Source: Escherichia coli
GTDB lineage: Bacteria > Pseudomonadota > Gammaproteobacteria > Enterobacterales > Enterobacteriaceae
Reading direction: 5' to 3' (one strand)
Length of the DNA stretch: 64,000 nucleotides
Assembly: GCF_024502345.1 (NCBI RefSeq)
Contig: NZ_JALDNN010000001.1
The notes under the pieces were generated by a model that did no database searches, was not told the DNA's origin, and saw nothing but the letters and a program-made list of their open reading frames with translations. Positions 54,626 to 64,000 of this stretch are shown here, piece by piece. Both the position numbers and the translations under genes were made by a program. Position 1 is the first letter of the stretch. Every line of letters starts with the position of its first letter.

Positions 54626-56035
54626 ATGTCCGCTGAACACGTACTGACGATGCTGAACGAGCACGAAGTGAAGTTTGTTGATTTGCGCTTCACCGATACC
54701 AAAGGTAAAGAACAGCACGTCACTATCCCTGCTCATCAGGTGAATGCTGAATTCTTCGAAGAAGGCAAAATGTTTGACGGCTCCTCGATTGGCGGCTGGA
54801 AAGGCATTAACGAATCCGACATGGTGCTGATGCCAGACGCATCCACCGCAGTGATTGACCCGTTCTTCGCCGACTCCACCCTGATTATCCGTTGCGACAT
54901 CCTTGAACCTGGCACCCTGCAAGGCTATGACCGTGACCCGCGCTCCATCGCGAAGCGCGCTGAAGATTACCTGCGTTCTACTGGCATTGCCGACACCGTA
55001 CTGTTCGGGCCAGAACCTGAATTCTTCCTGTTCGATGACATCCGTTTCGGATCATCTATCTCCGGTTCTCATGTTGCTATCGACGATATCGAAGGCGCAT
55101 GGAACTCCTCCACCCAATATGAAGGTGGTAACAAAGGTCACCGTCCGGCAGTGAAAGGCGGTTACTTCCCGGTTCCGCCGGTAGACTCTGCTCAGGATAT
55201 TCGTTCTGAAATGTGTCTGGTGATGGAACAGATGGGTCTGGTGGTTGAAGCCCATCACCACGAAGTAGCGACTGCTGGTCAGAACGAAGTGGCTACCCGC
55301 TTCAATACCATGACCAAAAAAGCTGACGAAATTCAGATCTACAAATATGTTGTGCACAACGTAGCGCACCGCTTCGGTAAAACCGCGACCTTTATGCCAA
55401 AACCGATGTTCGGTGATAACGGCTCCGGTATGCACTGCCACATGTCTCTGTCTAAAAACGGCGTTAACCTGTTCGCAGGCGACAAATACGCAGGTCTGTC
55501 TGAGCAGGCGCTGTACTACATTGGCGGCGTAATCAAACACGCTAAAGCGATTAACGCCCTGGCAAACCCGACCACCAACTCTTATAAGCGTCTGGTCCCG
55601 GGCTACGAAGCACCGGTAATGCTGGCTTACTCTGCACGCAACCGTTCTGCGTCTATCCGTATTCCGGTGGTTTCTTCTCCGAAAGCGCGTCGTATCGAAG
55701 TGCGTTTCCCGGACCCGGCGGCTAACCCGTACCTGTGCTTTGCTGCCCTGCTGATGGCCGGTCTTGATGGCATCAAGAACAAGATCCATCCGGGCGAAGC
55801 CATGGACAAAAACCTGTATGACCTGCCGCCAGAAGAAGCGAAAGAGATCCCACAAGTTGCAGGCTCTCTGGAAGAAGCACTGAACGAGCTGGATCTGGAC
55901 CGCGAGTTCCTGAAAGCCGGTGGCGTGTTCACGGATGAAGCGATCGATGCGTACATCGCTCTGCGTCGCGAAGAAGATGACCGCGTGCGTATGACTCCGC
56001 ATCCGGTAGAGTTTGAGCTGTACTACAGCGTCTAA
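54626..56035 (+). CDS. glnA: Glutamine synthetase, 469 aa
   Basis: [42 protein letters not shown]...; adenylylation-site region NLYDLP. Confidence 0.97.
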
Positions 56036-56038
56036 TAG

Positions 56039-56121
56039 TTGAAGTTGTACTACCCGGCGCAACAACGCCGGGATTTAGTTGCCGTGGAAACTTTCAGCCC
56101 ATCTCTGCATGGGCTTTTTTC
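56039..56121 (+). ncRNA. glnZ: glnA 3'UTR with two hairpins and rho-independent terminator; expected position of 3'UTR-derived sRNA GlnZ
   Basis: Hairpins ccggcgc-aaca-acgccgg (56054-56071) and gcccat-ctctgc-atgggc followed by tttttt (56097-56120). The sRNA assignment is from literature, not sequence. Confidence 0.4.
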
Positions 56122-56159
56122 TCCGTCAATTCTCTGATGCTTCGCGCTTTTTATCCGTA

Positions 56160-56190
56160 AAAAGCTATAATGCACTAAAATGGTGCAACC
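56160..56190 (+). promoter_or_regulatory. glnL promoter with overlapping NtrC site
   Basis: -10-like tataat followed by NtrC-type dyad gcactaaaatggtgca just upstream of glnL. Confidence 0.5.
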
Positions 56191-56208
56191 TGTTCAGGAG
56201 ACTGCTTT

Positions 56209-57258
56209 ATGGCAACAGGCACGCAGCCCGATGCTGGGCAGATCCTCAACTCGCTGATTAACAGTATTTTGTTAATCGATGACAACCTGGCGATCCATTA
56301 CGCCAACCCCGCCGCGCAACAACTGCTCGCCCAAAGCTCCCGCAAATTGTTTGGTACGCCGTTACCGGAACTGTTGAGCTACTTCTCATTAAATATTGAG
56401 CTGATGCAAGAAAGTCTGGAGGCGGGGCAAGGTTTTACCGATAACGAAGTGACGCTGGTGATCGACGGTCGCTCGCATATCCTTTCTGTGACGGCCCAGC
56501 GTATGCCGGACGGCATGATCCTGCTGGAGATGGCGCCGATGGATAACCAGCGCCGCTTAAGTCAGGAACAGCTACAGCACGCCCAGCAGGTTGCTGCCCG
56601 TGATTTAGTGCGCGGCCTGGCACATGAGATTAAAAATCCGCTTGGCGGTTTACGTGGCGCGGCGCAGCTACTCAGCAAAGCATTACCTGACCCGTCACTA
56701 CTGGAATATACCAAAGTGATTATCGAACAGGCGGACCGGCTGCGAAATCTGGTCGACCGTCTGTTGGGGCCGCAGCTGCCCGGTACGCGCGTGACCGAAA
56801 GTATTCACAAAGTAGCTGAACGCGTGGTAACGCTGGTGTCGATGGAACTGCCGGACAACGTGCGGTTGATTCGTGATTACGATCCCAGCCTGCCGGAACT
56901 GGCGCACGACCCGGATCAAATTGAACAGGTCTTGCTGAATATTGTGCGCAATGCGCTACAGGCGCTGGGGCCGGAGGGTGGTGAAATCATTCTGCGTACC
57001 CGCACCGCGTTTCAACTGACCTTACACGGCGAGCGCTACCGGCTGGCGGCGCGGATTGATGTGGAAGATAACGGGCCAGGCATTCCGCCTCATTTGCAGG
57101 ATACGCTGTTTTACCCGATGGTCAGCGGCCGCGAAGGTGGCACCGGGCTTGGCTTATCCATCGCTCGTAATTTGATTGATCAGCATTCAGGCAAAATTGA
57201 ATTTACCAGTTGGCCAGGGCATACCGAGTTCTCGGTTTACCTGCCTATCAGGAAATAA
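56209..57258 (+). CDS. glnL: Nitrogen-regulation sensor kinase NtrB, 349 aa
   Basis: [40 protein letters not shown]... (PAS + H-box HEIKNPL). Confidence 0.95.
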
Positions 57259-57269
57259 AGGTGACGTTT

Positions 57270-58679
57270 ATGCAACGAGGGATAGTCTGGGTAGTCGATG
57301 ACGATAGTTCCATCCGTTGGGTGCTTGAACGTGCGCTCGCTGGAGCGGGTTTAACCTGTACGACATTTGAGAACGGCGCGGAGGTACTGGAGGCGCTGGC
57401 GAGCAAAACGCCGGATGTGCTGCTTTCAGATATCCGTATGCCGGGAATGGACGGGCTGGCGCTGCTCAAGCAGATTAAACAGCGCCATCCGATGCTTCCG
57501 GTCATCATTATGACCGCACATTCCGATCTGGATGCTGCCGTCAGCGCCTATCAACAAGGGGCGTTCGATTATCTGCCCAAACCGTTTGATATCGACGAAG
57601 CCGTGGCGCTGGTTGAGCGCGCCATCAGTCATTACCAGGAACAGCAGCAGCCGCGTAATGTTCAGCTTAACGGCCCAACGACCGATATCATCGGCGAAGC
57701 GCCAGCCATGCAGGACGTGTTCCGTATTATCGGTCGGCTTTCGCGTTCTTCTATTAGCGTGCTGATTAACGGCGAATCCGGTACCGGTAAAGAACTGGTC
57801 GCTCATGCCCTGCATCGCCACAGTCCGCGAGCCAAAGCGCCGTTTATCGCGCTGAATATGGCAGCTATCCCAAAAGATTTGATCGAATCAGAACTGTTTG
57901 GTCACGAGAAAGGCGCGTTTACCGGCGCGAATACCATTCGTCAGGGGCGTTTTGAACAGGCTGATGGCGGTACATTATTTCTCGATGAAATTGGCGATAT
58001 GCCGCTGGATGTGCAGACGCGTTTGCTGCGCGTGCTGGCAGACGGTCAGTTTTACCGCGTTGGCGGCTATGCGCCGGTGAAAGTGGATGTGCGGATTATC
58101 GCTGCCACTCACCAGAATCTCGAACAGCGGGTGCAGGAAGGTAAGTTCCGTGAGGATCTGTTCCACCGCCTGAACGTTATCCGCGTTCATCTGCCGCCAC
58201 TGCGTGAGCGTCGGGAAGATATTCCCCGCCTGGCACGCCATTTTTTACAGGTTGCTGCGCGCGAACTGGGCGTAGAAGCGAAGTTGCTGCATCCGGAAAC
58301 CGAAGCTGCTCTGACGCGTCTGGCGTGGCCGGGTAACGTACGCCAGCTGGAAAACACCTGTCGCTGGCTAACAGTGATGGCCGCCGGGCAGGAAGTGTTG
58401 ATTCAGGATTTGCCCGGTGAACTGTTTGAATCAACGGTTGCGGAGAGTACTTCGCAAATGCAACCGGACAGTTGGGCAACGCTGTTAGCACAGTGGGCAG
58501 ATCGGGCGCTACGTTCCGGTCATCAAAATCTGCTTTCCGAAGCGCAGCCAGAGCTGGAGCGGACGTTACTGACGACCGCGTTGCGACATACGCAGGGGCA
58601 TAAACAGGAAGCGGCGCGGCTACTCGGCTGGGGCCGCAACACTCTGACGCGTAAGTTAAAAGAGTTAGGGATGGAGTGA
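57270..58679 (+). CDS. glnG: Nitrogen-regulation response regulator NtrC, 469 aa
   Basis: Internal Met [23 protein letters not shown] of ORF 57210..58679; sigma-54 AAA+ domain GESGTGKE and C-terminal HTH. Confidence 0.95.
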   Translation: MQRGIVWVVDDDSSIRWVLERALAGAGLTCTTFENGAEVLEALASKTPDVLLSDIRMPGMDGLALLKQIKQRHPMLPVIIMTAHSDLDAAVSAYQQGAFDYLPKPFDIDEAVALVERAISHYQEQQQPRNVQLNGPTTDIIGEAPAMQDVFRIIGRLSRSSISVLINGESGTGKELVAHALHRHSPRAKAPFIALNMAAIPKDLIESELFGHEKGAFTGANTIRQGRFEQADGGTLFLDEIGDMPLDVQTRLLRVLADGQFYRVGGYAPVKVDVRIIAATHQNLEQRVQEGKFREDLFHRLNVIRVHLPPLRERREDIPRLARHFLQVAARELGVEAKLLHPETEAALTRLAWPGNVRQLENTCRWLTVMAAGQEVLIQDLPGELFESTVAESTSQMQPDSWATLLAQWADRALRSGHQNLLSEAQPELERTLLTTALRHTQGHKQEAARLLGWGRNTLTRKLKELGME

Positions 58680-58790
58680 TTCACGGCTTGTGTGTAAAGA
58701 TTGATTATTGAGCGCAAATTGCTGGTATTTTGCGCTTTACTGTTCCGATAAGTTCAGTATGATCTTGCCCGGAAAACGGGGAGAGTCATT

Positions 58791-58901
58791 ATGCTGGAAT
58801 CAATAATTAATCTGGTATCGAGTGGCGCAGTTGACAGCCACACACCGCAAACTGCCGTTGCTGCCGTGCTGTGTGCCGCGATGATTGGGCTGTTTAGTTG
58901 A
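58791..58901 (+). CDS. yshB: Small membrane protein, 36 aa
   Basis: ATG at 58791 with SD ggggagag upstream; MLESIINLVSSGAVDSHTPQTAVAAVLCAAMIGLFS; I recall this as the K-12 small protein YshB. Below ORF-track cut-off. Confidence 0.55.
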   Translation: MLESIINLVSSGAVDSHTPQTAVAAVLCAAMIGLFS

Positions 58902-58924
58902 GTTTCAGATTGCTGATGAAGTGC

Positions 58925-59040
58925 TCTTTGTTCATGCCGGATGCGGCGTGAACGCCTTATCCGGTCTACAAAAGCAATATTTTCAACAGGTTTTGTAGGC
59001 CTGATAAGCGTAGCGCATCAGGCAATCTTGTTCTCAGCAC
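58925..59040. repeat. REP/BIME palindromic element
   Basis: gccggatgcggcgtgaacgccttatccggtctac ... gtaggcctgataagcgtagcgcatcaggca between yshB and hemN. Confidence 0.7.
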
Positions 59041-59090
59041 ATTGATGGCGCTTTCGTTTTCTACTTTGTAAACGAAGCGCCATTCACTAT

Positions 59091-60464
59091 TTAAATCACC
59101 CGAGAGAACTGCTGCATCCGCGCTTTCTGGCGCAGATAGGTATCAAAGCACATGCAAATGTTGCGGATCAGCAAGCGACCTTTCGCCGTCACCTGTATTC
59201 CCTTCTCATCCACATCCACCAGCCCATCTTTTGCTAACGGGGCGAGCAGCTTGAGATCTTCCGCAAAGTAATCAGCGAAGTGCAAATCCCACTGTTTCTC
59301 AATAGGGGCGTAATCCAGACGGAAGTTGCAGATGAGCGACTTAATCACATCGCGGCGAATACAATCATCACGCGTTAGCGCAATACCACGCCACAGCGCA
59401 TTGCCTTGTTCATCCACTTGCTGATAGTACTGTTTCAACTCTTTCTGGTTCTGCGCGTAGCAGTCGCCAATCATGCTGATGGCGGAAACGCCCATCCCCA
59501 GCAGATCGGTATCGCCCTGAGTGGTGTAGCCCTGGAAATTACGATGCAGCACGCCTTCACGCTGGGCCACCGCCAGCTCGTCATCCGGACGGGCAAAGTG
59601 ATCCATACCGATAAACTGATAGCCCGATTGCGTCAGGAAGGCGATGGTTTCCTGCAGGATATCGAGTTTTTGCTGCGGACTCGGCAGGTCAGCATCTTTG
59701 ATTTTGCGCTGAGCAGCAAAAATGGTCGGCAGATGCGCGTAGTTAAAGACACTCAGACGATCGGGGTTCAGCTCCGCCACACGTTTCAGGGTAAAGGCGA
59801 AACTCTCCGGCGTCTGTTTCGGCAGGCCGTAAATCAGGTCGATGTTGGTGGAGGTAAAACCAATCTCACGCGCATGGTTAAGCAGTGCAAAGATGAACTC
59901 TTCATCCTGCTCGCGGTTAACCAGACGTTGCACTTCTTTGTTGAAGTCCTGCACGCCCATGCTCAGGCGATTAAAGCCTTCGGCGCGTAAATGATCGAGT
60001 ACATCCAGTTCGATTTCCCGCGGATCGACTTCGATCGAAATCTCCGCATCGGCATTGAACTGGAAGTTTTCGTGCAGCAGCTTCATCAGGCGGCTGATTT
60101 GCGCTTTATTAAGATACGTCGGCGTTCCGCCGCCCCAGTGCAATTGGCTGACGTGACGCCCGGCGAACAGCGGTGCACGATGGACGATTTCTTGCTCCAG
60201 CGCGTCCAGATACTGATCGGCCTTGTGCTGTTGGCGAGTAACAATCTTATTGCAGCCGCAGAAGTAACAAAGCTTATGGCAGAACGGGATATGTACGTAG
60301 AGAGATAATGGACGCTCAGGATAGCGCGCCACGGCTTGTAAAAACGCCTGTTCGCCGAAGTCTTCTGAAAACTCCAGCGCGGTCGGGTACGAGGTGTATC
60401 GTGGCCCGGAATAGTTATATTTCTGGATCAGGGCCAGATCCCAGTCGATTTGCTGTACAGACAT
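59091..60464 (-). CDS. hemN: Oxygen-independent coproporphyrinogen III oxidase (radical SAM), 457 aa
   Basis: ORF 59091..60470; MSVQQIDWDLALIQKYNYSGPRYTSYPTALEF...; CxxxCxxC motif CHKLCYFCGC. Confidence 0.95.
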   Translation of the reverse strand: MSVQQIDWDLALIQKYNYSGPRYTSYPTALEFSEDFGEQAFLQAVARYPERPLSLYVHIPFCHKLCYFCGCNKIVTRQQHKADQYLDALEQEIVHRAPLFAGRHVSQLHWGGGTPTYLNKAQISRLMKLLHENFQFNADAEISIEVDPREIELDVLDHLRAEGFNRLSMGVQDFNKEVQRLVNREQDEEFIFALLNHAREIGFTSTNIDLIYGLPKQTPESFAFTLKRVAELNPDRLSVFNYAHLPTIFAAQRKIKDADLPSPQQKLDILQETIAFLTQSGYQFIGMDHFARPDDELAVAQREGVLHRNFQGYTTQGDTDLLGMGVSAISMIGDCYAQNQKELKQYYQQVDEQGNALWRGIALTRDDCIRRDVIKSLICNFRLDYAPIEKQWDLHFADYFAEDLKLLAPLAKDGLVDVDEKGIQVTAKGRLLIRNICMCFDTYLRQKARMQQFSRVI

Positions 60465-60652
60465 GCTCACTCCTTCCGATGGCGTCTCTGGCGGCTACGG
60501 CGTACCGGCGGATGCCCGTTTCGGGTCATCAGCCGGTTGCGCAGCCACTTTTGTCGCCGCGACAACCGCTGTAGTTTAACGAATAACCACACCAGATAAC
60601 ATATAACCGGAAGGGTTATCAGCAGAACGGGAAGGCCCACGGCGGCAATCCG

Positions 60653-61159
60653 TTAGTTGCCCCGCAGCAGACGCATCATGTCTTCTTGCTTCTCGTCTTC
60701 TTCCTCTTCTTCGTCATCGTCATAAGAGAGGCCGAGTTTCTGCATCAACTCATCAATACGATCCAGTTTAGCATCCACCCAGGATTGCTCTTCGGCACTC
60801 AGGGTTTCGCCTGCTTCCAGACGTTCCAGCAGCGCATCCAGACGCTCATCCGTTTCCAGTAATTCCAACTCCGCCTGCGGTGAAAGCATAGGTTTCTCAC
60901 TCTTCGGTTTGTGCTGTTTGGTGACTTTTTCAGTCACGCCCAATGGAATAGGGGTTTTACTGCCAATACGTGGATCTTTTGGTGCGTTCTGGCCTTTGCT
61001 GCCTGACGTGGTGTTACCGCCCGCTGCGCGGCTGCCCGGCGCATGACCACGACGTTTTTTCTGACGCTTGCGGTCACGTGCTTCCTGATTCAGCTCTTCG
61101 CGCGTTTTGCGACGCGCTTTTGCATGACCTTTGCTGCGTGATGGTGAAGATGGTTTCAT
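60653..61159 (-). CDS. yihI: Der GTPase-activating protein YihI, 168 aa
   Basis: Internal Met [40 protein letters not shown]... of ORF 60653..61222; basic N-terminus, acidic C-terminus. Confidence 0.85.
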   Translation of the reverse strand: MKPSSPSRSKGHAKARRKTREELNQEARDRKRQKKRRGHAPGSRAAGGNTTSGSKGQNAPKDPRIGSKTPIPLGVTEKVTKQHKPKSEKPMLSPQAELELLETDERLDALLERLEAGETLSAEEQSWVDAKLDRIDELMQKLGLSYDDDEEEEEDEKQEDMMRLLRGN

Positions 61160-61228
61160 AATGGTTCGTCTTTTAGCCGTTTTATTCAGTATAGATTTGC
61201 GGCGGAATCTAACAGAAAGCAAGCAAAG

Positions 61229-61470
61229 AAAAAAGGCGACAGATTACTCTGTCGCCTTTTTTCCTGACTCATAACCCTTAACGGGTCTTACAATCCTTGC
61301 AGGCCGCCAACACACCCTGTTTTTCCATTAGCCGGAACAATCCGTGTTGATTCCATTTCCGTTTAATTACGTCTCCGGACGTTTGTCTTCCTGACAATCC
61401 TCTGTCTTCGCCTCCTGGCGCTCCTGACCCTCATCCTGAGTCATTGTTCCTGTTAGCGTCCTCGCTCTAT
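61229..61470 (-). ncRNA. csrC: CsrA-sequestering sRNA CsrC
   Basis: Minus strand carries many GGA motifs in short hairpin contexts (caggatgagggtcaggagcgccaggaggcgaagacagaggattgtcaggaaga...) and ends in a GC hairpin plus U-run (plus-strand aaaaaaggcgacagattactctgtcgcctttttt); location between yihI and engB as in K-12. Ends approximate. Confidence 0.75.
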
Positions 61471-61740
61471 GGGTGCTACTTTACGCCTTTGCTTTAAACA
61501 AACAATCAACCGCCATCAGTATTTGCACATTTTCAGAGTTTTATATAAAAGCAATTAACTGATTTATATAGCTTATTTGACATGCATCGCAGAATTTTCT
61601 CTGCTATTTCGCATAAAGACTATCGGCAATGTCTCACAAAGCGTATGGCTTTTACTTACAACGCTCACGCCGAAAAATCCGCCTTTTATTATGGTTCAGG
61701 TATAATCGCCGCAAAGCTTTGACTGACGGAGACGACCGCT

Positions 61741-62373
61741 TTGACTAATTTGAATTATCAACAGACGCATTTTGTGATGAGTGCGCCTGATATTCGCCAC
61801 CTACCTTCCGATACCGGAATTGAAGTGGCTTTTGCAGGCCGTTCCAACGCAGGTAAATCCAGCGCGCTGAACACGCTGACTAACCAGAAAAGCCTGGCTC
61901 GTACCTCAAAAACCCCTGGACGCACCCAGCTTATCAACCTGTTTGAAGTGGCTGACGGCAAGCGTCTGGTTGACTTGCCTGGGTACGGTTATGCGGAAGT
62001 CCCGGAAGAGATGAAGCGCAAATGGCAGCGCGCGCTCGGCGAGTACCTCGAAAAACGTCAGAGCCTACAAGGTCTGGTAGTGCTAATGGATATTCGCCAT
62101 CCGCTGAAAGATTTGGATCAGCAGATGATTGAGTGGGCGGTAGACAGCAATATCGCCGTGTTGGTACTGCTGACCAAAGCGGACAAACTGGCAAGTGGCG
62201 CACGTAAAGCGCAATTGAATATGGTGCGTGAAGCGGTGCTGGCGTTTAACGGTGATGTGCAGGTTGAAACGTTTTCTTCGCTGAAGAAACAAGGCGTGGA
62301 CAAGCTGCGGCAGAAACTGGATACCTGGTTTAGCGAGATGCAGCCTGTAGAAGAAACGCAGGACGGCGAATAA
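61741..62373 (+). CDS. engB: Ribosome-biogenesis GTPase EngB (YihA), 210 aa
   Basis: [49 protein letters not shown]...; ORF track start at 61741 is a TTG. Confidence 0.9.
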
Positions 62374-62389
62374 TTTTCTTGCCTTAATG

Positions 62390-62480
62390 CTTGTGCCGGA
62401 TGTGGCGTATCCGGCCCGTAAATTCAATAGATTACAATTCTACCGTTGGCCTGATAAACATGGCGCATCAGGCATTGCGG
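62390..62480. repeat. REP/BIME palindromic element
   Basis: tgccggatgtggcgtatccggcc ... ggcctgataaacatggcgcatcaggca between engB and spf. Confidence 0.65.
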
Positions 62481-62496
62481 ATTTTTTCTTTCGCCC

Positions 62497-62607
62497 AATA
62501 AAAAACGCCCCAGTCATTACTGACTGGGGCGGCTAAAATATTCAGCCAAATCCGATTACGTGAAGTAAAAGGTCTGAAAGATAGAACATCTTACCTCTGT
62601 ACCCTAC
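62497..62607 (-). ncRNA. spf: Spot 42 sRNA
   Basis: Reverse complement reads gtagggtacagaggtaagatgttctatctttcagaccttttacttcacgtaatcggatttggctgaatattttagccgccccagtcagtaatgactggggcgttttttatt, the Spot 42 sequence with its terminator. Confidence 0.88.
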
Positions 62608-62754
62608 GCGACTAACTTTACTCTTTTTTGTTCAGTTCAGAAAGCACTTTTTGTAATTTTTTTTCAGTTGTTGCATAGGAATTTCTAATAGCCATCACAA
62701 AACGTGACAGCTTATGTTGCTTACTTACGAAAAAAGGGCATGTTCAGGCGAATC

Positions 62755-64000
62755 TTAGTGCGCCTGATCCCAGTTTTCGCCACTCCCCACTTCCACCAGC
62801 AACGGCACATCCAGACGGGTACAGTTTTCCATCAGTTGATGAATCTGCTTCGCGACGGCATCAACATCATCTTTATGAACTTCAAATACCAGTTCATCGT
62901 GTACTTGCATGATCATACGTACACGCGGTTGCTCAGCCTGTAACCACGCATCAACGGCAATCATCGCCCGTTTGATAATGTCGGCGGCGGTTCCCTGCAT
63001 TGGCGCGTTAATGGCTGCACGTTCAGCCGCTGCACGACGAGCACCATTGCTGGATTTGATATCCGGCAGATACAGACGGCGTCCGTCCAGCGTTTCAACG
63101 TAGCCCTGCTCTTTCGCCTGAGCACGGGTGCGTTCCATATACTCCAGCACGCCAGGGTAGCGTTCGAAGTAAAGGTCCATGTACTTCTGCGCTTCTTTAC
63201 GTGGAATGTTCAATTGCCGCGCCAGACCGAAAGCACTCATGCCATAAATCAGACCAAAGTTGATCGCTTTCGCGCTACGGCGTTGCTCGCTGGTGACGGT
63301 TTCCAGTGGCAAACCAAACACTTCTGCCGCCGTTGCCCGGTGGATATCTTTTCCTTCCGCGAATGCGGTCAGCAAGCCTTTGTCACGCGAAAGATGCGCC
63401 ATAATGCGCAGTTCAATCTGCGAGTAGTCCGCTGAGACAATCACATAATCCTCTGGCGCAATAAACGCCTGGCGGATACGACGACCTTCTTCGTTACGCA
63501 CCGGAATGTTTTGCAGGTTAGGATCGGTTGACGATAAACGTCCCGTTGCAGTTACTGCCTGGTGATAAGAGGTATGCACACGCCCGGTTTTCGGGTTGAT
63601 CATCAGCGGCAGCTTGTCGGTGTAGGTCGATTTCAGCTTCGCCAGACCACGATACTCCAGAATCACTTTTGGCAACGGATAGTCCAGCGCCAGTTCTTCC
63701 AGTACCTCTTCCGACGTTGACGGCGCGCCACCCGGCGTTTTCTTCAGCGGTTTAATGCCCTGTTTTTCAAAGAGAATGGTTTGTAACTGCTTGGTGGAAG
63801 AAAGGTTAAATTCCTCACCTGCAATTTCATGCGCTTTCTTTTCCAGCTCAGCCAGACGAAGGGTGAGCTCTTCAGAATGATTGTGCAGCACTTTCGGATC
63901 GATCTTCACACCGTTACGTTCAATGCGTGAAAGCACCGGCACCAGCGGCATTTCGATATTCTCGAAGACGTTCAACGGCCCTTTGTGTTTTTGCAGATCC
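62755..64000 (-). CDS. polA: DNA polymerase I, C-terminal polymerase domain only (gene continues beyond window end)
   Basis: ORF 62755..63975 reaches the window end; ...[79 protein letters not shown]. Confidence 0.95.
   Translation of the reverse strand, partial: DLQKHKGPLNVFENIEMPLVPVLSRIERNGVKIDPKVLHNHSEELTLRLAELEKKAHEIAGEEFNLSSTKQLQTILFEKQGIKPLKKTPGGAPSTSEEVLEELALDYPLPKVILEYRGLAKLKSTYTDKLPLMINPKTGRVHTSYHQAVTATGRLSSTDPNLQNIPVRNEEGRRIRQAFIAPEDYVIVSADYSQIELRIMAHLSRDKGLLTAFAEGKDIHRATAAEVFGLPLETVTSEQRRSAKAINFGLIYGMSAFGLARQLNIPRKEAQKYMDLYFERYPGVLEYMERTRAQAKEQGYVETLDGRRLYLPDIKSSNGARRAAAERAAINAPMQGTAADIIKRAMIAVDAWLQAEQPRVRMIMQVHDELVFEVHKDDVDAVAKQIHQLMENCTRLDVPLLVEVGSGENWDQAH

Noticed and set aside
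55052-56065. 337-aa minus-strand ORF inside glnA, and similar long antisense ORFs within typA (52481..53974), hemN (59406..60308), kdgT (5036..5602), sodA (6341..6892) and yihU (37085..37621)
   Set aside because: Each lies wholly antisense to a confidently identified conserved gene and has no independent support.

Overview
This window reads as an Escherichia coli chromosomal segment covering the pfkA to polA interval (about 87-88 min on the K-12 map), in reverse orientation relative to the K-12 reference. No database search was run; all gene calls rest on recognising the translated ORFs and on sequence read directly. Most of it is conserved core genome with gene lengths matching what I recall for K-12: fieF, cpxP/cpxRA, yiiM, kdgT, sodA, the rhamnose regulon, frvABXR, yiiG, fdhD-fdoGHI-fdhE, yiiF/yiiE, yiiD-dtd-yihY-yihX, the sulfoquinovose cluster yihW to yihO, ompL, yihNML, typA, glnALG, yshB, hemN, yihI, csrC, engB, spf and the 3' end of polA. 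Six REP/BIME clusters sit in intergenic gaps; no CRISPR array, tRNA or rRNA was seen. The interesting parts are accessory or degenerate. First, a porin-like gene with an N-terminal coiled coil and a perfect 21-bp tandem duplication lies between rhaM and frvA. Second, a small islet between yiiE and yiiD carries a toxin-antitoxin pair whose toxin has no canonical start codon, plus an Aes-like esterase; a ~22-bp element recurs upstream of yiiF, yiiE and this islet. Third, the sulfoquinovose cluster is disrupted by an IS30 insertion in yihR and a 1-bp frameshift in yihQ, and carries an extra TauE/SafE-type permease gene between them. I believe the porin, islet and permease are absent from K-12, but that is from memory of K-12 gene order, not a comparison. 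I found no convincing evidence of a wholly new multi-gene system; the candidates above are the places worth testing.
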